This document shows, in pieces, positions 55,110 through 64,000 of a stretch of 64,000 bases of DNA. Source of the stretch: Vicugna vicugna (Eukaryota); NCBI GenBank assembly GCA_013265495.1, contig MU058781.1, forward strand, positions 9,777,009-9,841,008, given 5' to 3'. Below the pieces are notes generated by a model, which saw nothing but the letters and a program-made list of their open reading frames with translations, had not been told where the DNA came from and ran no database searches. Numbering within the stretch: the stretch's first letter is position 1; the number at the start of each line of letters is the position of its first letter. A program made the translations under genes and the position numbers.

Positions 55110-55800
55110 TTCCTAATCTCTTACCAATTCGTCTGTTTCTTTCTTGACCTTCTACCACAGACTGATCCATCCCTCTCCTGGATAATCAACAGCCTCCTAA
55201 TTAATACCCCTGGAATCCCCTTTTGCCTCCTCTCATATAGGCTCTGTTCTTCAGCTAGACTTCGCTTTAAAAACACAAACATAATTGTGTCTCCGCTCCG
55301 TAAACCCTTCCCTGTGTCCTTAGAATAAAGTCCCTCTTCCTCTGACACTCTTCCTAGGTCTCCCCTGGCCCTGGCCGCAGCCTCACTCCTGCCCTGTCCT
55401 CTCTCCAGTCCAGCCACACCAGACTTGATCAGTTCCTCGAATCCACTGTGATCCTCCACTGTCTTGCTCTCTCTTGTTTGCTTTGCCTAGAACGCCTCCT
55501 CCTATGACTTCATCAGCTTTTGCCCACTTACCCTTTAGATTTTTAGCTTATATGGCAGCTCCTTGGACAGTGACTTGTAACCTTTTAGACCAGTTCCCCC
55601 GGTTAACTGCTCACAATGTGCCCATCCTTGCCCTTTCAACATGCTCTTCAGGGTTGCAATTACTCCTTCAAATATCTGTCTTTTTCTGTACTCTTAATGG
55701 AATCAGTGATCTCACCTGTCTTGTTTATTAAGGTATTTTCACCTTGTAATGCAGATTCTGGCCCTGGGTAAGCATTCAGTAAACATTTATTGAATACATA
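55110..55800 (+). mobile_element. L2 3' region
   Basis: CCTGGATAATCAACAGCCTCCTAA..TTAGAATAAAGTCC..CATTCAGTAAACATTTATTGAAT. Confidence 0.7.
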
Positions 55801-58800
55801 AAGGTTTTTAAAAACACAGAACACCTGAGAGGTTGAGTCGCCTGCCCTGAGTCACATAAGTCATACATGTAGCAGCACCCGGATTAGAACCCACGTGTGT
55901 TTATTTAACAAGATAGCCCAGCTGTCACCCAGTTTTACTGCTACTCTGTGGAAGGGTCTGCGTGACTGGAAAGGTTCATGTGTGCCTTTTCCGATTTTCT
56001 TCCCTAGGAATGGTATTTTTGACTTGGTCTTAATTATTGACAGGTTCTAAGTTCTTTGCCATAATAGAACATATACTTTAAAACGGTATTTTGGAAACGA
56101 CAGATAACTGCTTAGTGATAACTGCATGTTTTGAAAAAGTTATATAACCTGCAACCCTCCTGTGAAACCCATTGTAAACTACTTCTCATTTTCATCTTGT
56201 GCTTACTGTGTAGATTTAAAGGAATTTTTGTCTTTTAGCCTTCATTACGTTTTCCCCGAAAGATCGCTTACAAATCACAGTATTACTTGGGTATTTACTT
56301 CTGCATGTGTGATACCAAGAGGAGAGAAGTTGCTCCCTTGTAACTCTGTTTGTTTATATCAGTAAAGAGGAGAAGTGCTTCTGTTGGCGAGCATTCGCCA
56401 TGAGGAAAGCGAGTCTGGTTTGTGTTTGTCAGTAGTTAGTTCATCGGTGAAGTTTGTTAGCTCCCAGTGCAAACAGTGGCGAGTAACAGAAGTGCAAACG
56501 TTGGCTCTGGTTTTGTTTAGCTTACTTCTACTGTTATTTATAAACACCTCTTTCGTTGTTAGCAATTTGCAAAGATTACAGATTGCCTGAAACCATAGAT
56601 AATGAGGGATATAGATGCATCCCTTCATTTCTCCTTCTGGACCTTATTTTTTCAGGCACTTCTAATGAGACGGGAATAACTGAAGACATAGAGACAAATC
56701 TCTTTGGATGGCTAGCGGTGGGAGAGTGGGCATTTACGTTGTTTTAAGTTTTAAGGAGTCACTGATATTCAGTCTGTGCTGCCTGGCAGTTACCTGCTTC
56801 TAACTGGTGCCAGTTCAAATCTGGAGGGAGGTTTGGGGACAGAGAGGCTTTCTGGAATCCAGTGAACCCAGCTTTCTTACTGGTGAAAGTTCGAAAAGCG
56901 GTAGCTCTGGAGATCTTTGCTTTCCAACACAACTTGAATATTAGGGAGATTTATTTATTTTTCTTGTTACCTGCATCCATTTTGTAACTTTCCATGGACA
57001 CTCTGATTTCCAAATTAACTTAGACAGCTGTGATGTAGAACTTGTGATGTCTGTTGTGTAATGGTAGAATACAATCTTTGAAGGTTTTTATTTTGTTGTT
57101 TGAAGAATATTCAGCCTAATGCCACTGCTCTTTGCTTATAAAACTGGCCAGTTACAATAATTGCAGTGTTTAGTTTGTAAACATGAGTGAGCTTAGAGTT
57201 TTCTTCAGTTACTACATCTGAAGCAACTGTCTGTTGCTTACTACTCACATTAGAAACAGGTCTAAAATTCTTGGGCTGGAGTGCAAGAAAAGTCATCACT
57301 GGAGTCCTGATCATTATTTAAATTCTAATTAGATTGCATATTTTCTGCTGTAGCTTTGTAAATGCCTCATGGGTTGCAAATTTATTTTGAACCCAGGCAG
57401 ATGCTGTATCAATAAATCATTCATGTCTGCCTAAATGCTTTTGGGTGACAGATCAGTGCTTCCAGTGAAATTAAGAGCAGTATTTTTTTTTTTTACCAAA
57501 TCTTAATGGTCAGCTTACATTTAATTATAAATGAGACAGTGCCTTGAACTTTCCCAAACCATTCCATTCCATTCCATCCTAATTGGAAAAAAGCAAAATA
57601 AATTCAGGATATCTGATAAAAGCCTTTGGATGGCTCAGACAGAGAAAATATTGTGGCCAGGATCATCTTATATTAAAGACATTTTTGTCTACATCAGTCA
57701 GGTTGTAATACATTAATTCATTTATTATGTTTAAATATATATTGTAAACACCTTTTCTTAGTACAACATTGCAGCATTTCATCCATGGGGTACAAATAAG
57801 CTGAAAGCATATTTCCTACCTAAACAGGCCCTGTAGTCTTGTTGAGAAAACAGGACATATGGTGAGAAAAAAACTTCACAGAATTTTTTCTTAATGATCC
57901 CGAATGATTTTAGATTTGAAAGAGGCTTTATGACCTTTCAAATCAAGGTCCTCAACAATGTCTTTCATGGAACCTCATCACATGTGAACCTCTACACAAG
58001 TGACCCCCACTTAGTTAACCCTCCAACTGTAGGGATGTCTTCTGTTCTCCTCTAGAACATTCCCCAGCTGGCTGAGTAGTCACCCCAGGGCCGGGAGCCC
58101 TCTGCAGCCAGCCCGTCACAGCTCCCTCCAAGTGAGTTACTGCTTGCCCACAGTTTTGTGAGTCCTCCTACTGGGTAATGTCCATGGTGCCTGCTGTTAT
58201 GACTCTATGATGTAATGAAATACTTTGTAAATCAATGACATAGGAGTGTGATAAGAGAGCTGTTTCAATAAAAACAAAAATCGAATACTTTAATAGGACC
58301 CTTGAGTCTAAACACATTATTTTCCAATTAGGAATGGTCTACCAAATGTAAACACTTCAAAAAGTAAAACTTAGGAGTTTGTACTCAGATTTCCTTTCAG
58401 TGTCTTTGTATTATTTTACTTTAAAGGAATTGAATTTAGTAATCATAGATGATGTGTAATACATTTGATTTTGGGGGGAAAAAAAGGTGGGGGATGTTGG
58501 AAACTCCACTCGCTGGTCCTCTCCATAGAGGCCATGGCCACAAAGGAAGAGAAGCATGGGAAAATGTGTTTGAAGGACTTTTTCAGTTAACAGAGAAACT
58601 ACTGGTGCTGATCAGTTAGGTTAAGAGGGATTCTACCGTTGACTGTGGCTTCCTCGGGGATAATCATAATGTTCATTTGCATAGTTAAGGCTCTGATAAC
58701 TTCTGTGGGAGAGAATCTCATTTGTTTGGCTCAGCATCTCACACACTTTTTGGAATTCACAGCTTTTTTCTGATTTACATTTTGTGGAGTTATAATCCCA

Positions 58801-59664
58801 AAGCAAAATTTTAATTCCGTACTATTCCTTACTATTTGTGAACTATCAGCAGTGTTAAAAGCTGTGCTATGCTCTATGAGGAAGACAAAGACGAGTCACA
58901 CATAACCTTAACTCTCAGGGAGTTTACAGTCTAGTGTAGGAAAAACACACATGCATAATTAATTGTAAATATACTGAGGCTGATACAAATCCCATAAGAC
59001 GCATACAGAAATGTTTATTGTATGTGTAGAGAAATGGGATACAGAGAAGTTTAAATATCTTACCCCAAATTAGGCAGTGTAGCATGGACTAGCAGCCTAA
59101 TACATCTGACTCCAAATCTAATATTCTTTTCAGTTTAATAGCATAGTATAAAAGATACTCATAAAGTCTGCAGAAAGTAAGCTGCCATAGCTTTCAGCTG
59201 AATTCGTTATTTTTAACTCTGAAATGAATTATAAAAATAATTTTATGACTGACTTGAATCCCCAGTTTTGTTTTCCAGAATATGGAATAATAATGTTTAA
59301 GAAGTGATATGTACCCTTTTTTTGTATGCTTCATTTTAAGTACTTAATTTTTTTTTAGAATTATTCTTCAATAAGCCAAAGTTCCCCTGCTCCCCTTCCA
59401 TATTGGGATGGAATGTTTTCTCCTGGAGAGAGAGCCAGTTTGTTGAGATCTCACTGAAATATTCAGAATGCCATATATGTCTAAGGCAGCTAAAGCCTCA
59501 TCTTCCATGTGATAACATCCAGGAGTAGCACAAGTGGGTTTTTATTGAAAAATCATGTTTCTGGAAAACCTTTTAACAGTTTGTTCCAATTTATTAGATT
59601 AAAAGACCAGAGAAGAGAATACAGATAGTTTTTCAGAACTCCGACCTAATATTCTTAGAGAATA

Positions 59665-60158
59665 TGTTACCAAGTCCACACTTGTTCTGCTTACTGCATG
59701 GCAGGCCAATAAACTGGGAGCTGAGGCTCTGGGGCAAGGAATAATGACTTTATTTGGAAAGCCAGGAGATCGAGAAGATGGCAAACTAATGTCCTGGAGA
59801 ACCATCTTGCCCAAGTCAGAATTCAGGTTCCTTTTATACTAAAAAGATGAAGGATGTTGCACACTTCTTGGTGCCCGAATCCTTTGGTCTTGCAGCTGTC
59901 CATCTAGGTCAGGTCATGAAGTTTCTGTAAACCTCCAACAAGCCAAATGTTGTTCTCTTCTATGCAACTTTTGATCTCTATGTAAATGGAAAGGTGTTCT
60001 ACCCTAAAGGTCAGAGCCTTGAGAATGGGCCATCCTGTGTATTTCAGGCTATAGGCAACTTTCTTTTACAACAGGTGCAGAACCAGCATGACTGAGCCCA
60101 GGGTTAGAGCTGAAGGAACAGATCTAATACGGAGTCAGATTTGTTCTTCCCTATTACA
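59665..60158 (-). mobile_element. ERV1-class solo LTR (494 bp) with 4-bp TSD
   Basis: TG...CA termini; AATA on both sides (59661-59664 and 60159-60162); TATAAAA and AATAAA present on the minus strand in U3-R order. Confidence 0.88.
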
Positions 60159-63100
60159 AATACACTTGATTAAAATGATACTTGTATATAATAAGCGTAA
60201 TGGTTATTTGTTGAAATGGTTACTCTTGGACAAGAAACTTAAATTATGTTTTTCCTTTTTCCTTACCATGGTAAGGATCCTCAAAAGAGAGGAAAGAATA
60301 AGTTAAGAAAAATAAAAACATCTAAAACATTATTTACAGTAGATACTAAGACCATTATATCTTTATAAAACTTAATAGAGATGTTTAAAGGGCAAACAGA
60401 TAATAATGTACATTTTAAATCAATGTTTTCATTTTATAAAACTGGAGGATACAAAGTCCCTTGAAAGTTTTGAAATGATACACTTGAGTATTTCAATATT
60501 TCATAACTTTCCCTTTTGGCCTTTTTTCTATTTATCTGACAATGCTGCTTTATTTTGCATATCTGTTTGGTTTTAAAATATAATCCCCATGTCTTAAGCA
60601 GTAAGCATATCTTCTTATTTCCTGGAAGTGAAACCTGAGAAATGCCTAAATAACTGGATGGTTTGAGAATAGTAGGAATGTCATGTCAAAAGCATGGCTT
60701 TGAGTGAGTGAGCTTGTCCAGAGAGCAGCTGAAAGTTTAATGTTCATAATAGTCCATTTTGCCTGGAGCATTGCATATGTAGTTGGGATGTTTAGAATAA
60801 TTTAGGGTCAGATTGTCAAGGGACCTGTGTGATATGTTGATACATTTGGATTGTATCCTTAAGGAGTGGTGAACTTTGAAGGAGATGTGAACTTATGCAA
60901 TTTTTAGGAAAAATATGAAAGCAAAATATTTTTTTCCTAATGAATCTGCTGGACAAGCAGGCTGTAACATATTAGCTGTAGACTCTGAATTTTTTGGTTG
61001 TAAACCAGACATCGAAATTGCCATTGCCTCAGGTGTAACCGCTGTGCCTGCTAAGAAGAAAACTGTGTATAACTTTTCTTATATTTTAATTGTTCATTTC
61101 AAAAGTAAAGTACTGCTTTAAGTGGTACATTTCTAGAGTTATTTCACCGAAACAGAATTCCATGCTCTGAAACAACTCTCTCTCAGAGACTTCTGCTGCT
61201 TTCTCTGCATGAGATTTCAAAAGGGTATTGAGAAGACTGAGAAAAGGTAGGTTGAAAACAAGCTGTTAAGTGGGTTTAAAATGCCATATAACCTGGGGAA
61301 AGGCAAACTCAGGGAGGGACCTGAGGCTGCTTACAGTGCAAGCATGAGGGTCACGGAGGCTGGAGTAAGGCAGTCAATCCAGGGGGGCTGTGCGGAGAGG
61401 TTCAAAAGATGTTTTGGTGGGACTGGCACTTTCGGATGATTGTAAACGGATTCCAGTTTGTGATTTGGGCAGCACACTGGATGGTGAGGGAAGAAGACCA
61501 GTAAGGTCAAAGAGAAGTGACATCAGTGGCTTAAAAGTAGACTTCTTGGGTTTCTGTTACCAGACCAAGGAGTCTAAAGCCATTCTGTCATTCAGAGGAA
61601 GTCTGAAAGTTTCAAAGCGAGAAAAGATCTCCATACTTATCAGGGCTGTGGGTCCCACATGGATTGTGATCCCGCTTCCCGCTAAAGCTACCGAATGCGA
61701 GTTTCCGTGTACAGCATGCCCACAAGTGAGTGAAGGGTCACTCTACCGCTCTTACTTGGCCAGACTAAAACAATCCCGGAGTCTGCTTGTGTTTTTTGTA
61801 ACGTGTTTGGTTACTTTTCAGTAGTTACTGTTTTGGTAGATTTTAATATATGTAGTATTTATTTATATGTGAGAGACATGGTTACCCTCTAGACATACTC
61901 AGATCCATGTAATAATATGCTGATATATTGCATTTTTACCAAAGAAAGTAGTTATGTATCTAATTCTGTCTTTCTTACAAAGGCAAATTCCTGTTCCTCA
62001 ATGTAAGAAACGTTGGTCTGGAGGTTGTTGAAGACACATATGTGTATATCTGGTTGGTTATGAGTGATGTAAGTGATATAAAAAAATGAAGTTAGTGAAT
62101 ATCCATTATATCGTCTACCAGAGATTTGACATTCATTGAAAATTGGACAGTATTATTATACTTTATTATTGAAATGAAATGAAACGTGTAAAATGAATGA
62201 GTTATATTTATAAGGCACAACCACTTTGCAGGCAATGTATTTGTAACAGTATTTTATTATGCATGTCCTGATGTGAGGGAAATATAAATTGAGATGTAGT
62301 GTTCTGAGGTGATTTAAATTTCGGAAGGATAAATGAAATGGAATTTTTGATTGAGATGAATACATTAAATTGTTTGGTTTTACATTTAATTTTTCTTTAT
62401 GTATAGACTTCCTAATAGGGCTTCAAATACGTAGAAGGGAACCATTCAATAAGCTAGAGTTAAAAATTTGTTTTAAATATTTAATGATTTAATTAAGTTT
62501 TATTAGTGTGATGTTCTTTGCTCTGCTGATTAAAAATTGACAAGGGTCTCATCTGTTTTGTTCCATTTTGCATCATATCTTGGCTAGATTTGTTCTGTAT
62601 TTTTATAAACAGTGATAAATACTAATTTCTTAAAATAATTTCTCACATCTACTAAATTTGCAAAGAAAAAAATAGTAAACAATAGTGACACATTAAAACC
62701 CACAAAATTTACTCATTGCATGGCTCTTTTGATTTAAAAACTGATATGTTACACTGTGTCTCTAGAGAAAATTTGATTTGCTTTGCTCCAGTTTTCCCTT
62801 TATAGTAATAGTCTTTGCCAAAGTACAGAAACTGTTTCATGTCTTACCACTCAGGCTGGGTACAAATAATGCTTGATATTGCACTGGTCCTTCGGGCCTG
62901 GGTGGGAGTGAGGCAAAATGGTGGTCAAGCAAACAAACAAGAAGTAAGGGTAAAGAATAAATCACATGAATTATAACATTCTCAACAATGCGGCTACTAT
63001 GAGAGGTTTGTAGGGAGTAGAAGTACTCCAAGTTCATACCTCAGAATTATGCATGCACTCTTAGTGTATTGGCTATGGATTTACCATAAAAGTAGAGTGA

Positions 63101-63629
63101 GACTTTAGCCATATGCATTTTTATGGTCCCTCATACTCATAATCCACTGTATTAATTGACCTAAGAATCTACTACCCAATACATCTACAATCTACATGTA
63201 TCTCTGGATAACTTGATGGCTTGATAAATTTTACTGATAATATGAGGGGAAAGGAAGAGAATCTAGGATGCAATATTTATCCAACACGCTGTTGACCCTC
63301 GGTAACAGAATAGGGTTCTCCAGATTTTCCTGACAAAGTCCCTGCCCTTTGCCCTGGTGGTGATCAACAGTAAAACTTACCTTCAAATGTGCTTCTGAAA
63401 GAAAAATAAAATATGTTTTAAAGCTAATAGATATAGATAGTTGTTAACTACCCTCTTTTCTTTTTAGGAAAAAAAATGCCATTATCCAAAATTCACACTT
63501 ACTTTGTCAGATTTTTCAAGATTCAGGACCACAGCTTACCAGTAGGTAGGGAGTTATGTTGAAAACAGCCTTGTGTTCTGTTGAATGTTGGAATGTTATT
63601 ACTAAAGATGAGAACTAAGCTTCCTGTTA

Positions 63630-63790
63630 GGACAGTCACTAGCAACATGTGGTTATTAACATTTAAGTTTAAATGAATTAAATTTAAATAGATAAAATGT
63701 TAGCCCTTTCAGTAGCCACATGTGGTTTGTGGCTGCCACGTTGGACAGTGTAAAAATTTCATCACAGAAAGTTCTTTGTATCGCACTGGA
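63630..63790. mobile_element. MER3/MER33-like hAT element
   Basis: TAGCAACATGTGGTTATT..TAGCCACATGTGG..GTGGCTGCCACGTTGGACAG..ATCACAGAAAGTTCT. Confidence 0.7.
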
Positions 63791-64000
63791 TTAAAAAGTT
63801 TACGGATATGGTACCTAGGAAACAGTGTTTTTAGTTGGGCCCTACTAGGCATAGCAACAGTAAACACCAGCATTTCAGTAATGAGTATTTCTTGTTCATT
63901 TAGCCTCTAATGTGGGTGCTCCTGGTTGTAAGACAACTTTTGTCTCTGTGGTAAAGACCCAGTCCCTTCTGCCTTGTAATTCTGCCGCGCTCCAAGTCCT

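Noticed and set aside
57913..57944. 10-bp perfect inverted repeat GATTTGAAAG/CTTTCAAATC with 12-nt loop
   Set aside because: Too short for a pre-miRNA, AT-rich, and in MIR-like decayed sequence; probably chance.
61390..61824. 144-aa plus-strand ORF with a few CpGs
   Set aside because: GTG start, begins in L2-like sequence, no recognisable homology or convincing exon structure.
1..64000. CRISPR arrays, tRNA/rRNA genes, operon-like or defence systems
   Set aside because: The DNA is clearly mammalian; I saw no regularly spaced repeats or structural RNA genes.

Overview
AT-rich, repeat-dense mammalian genomic DNA. It contains one complete protein-coding gene: prolactin (PRL), on the minus strand in 5 exons (CDS 28523-28496, 26190-26009, 24934-24827, 22780-22601, 20436-20245). 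The CDS is 690 nt and encodes a 229-aa preprolactin; all introns are GT-AG. The gene has a recognisable pituitary promoter (TATA, Pit-1, Ets, CRE-like sites) and a polyA signal. The protein closely matches camel prolactin as I recall it, so the source is most likely a camelid (inference). The rest is non-coding: old L1/L2/MIR, MER20 and other DNA-transposon fossils, MaLR and ERV1 solo LTRs, and microsatellites. Apart from those covering PRL exons, the supplied ORFs look like chance ORFs. I found no convincing new biological system. The best leads are: two MER20 copies bracketing the PRL promoter (one about where primates built the decidual promoter), an apparently lost Ets core in the proximal promoter, a NAGNAG acceptor at exon 2, an ORF-less L1 with its 5'UTR fused to its 3' end and flanked by a TSD, a twin-primed L1, and an unexplained CpG-rich patch about 18 kb upstream. 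Repeat family names and cross-species comparisons come from memory of consensus sequences and need RepeatMasker/Dfam or alignment confirmation.
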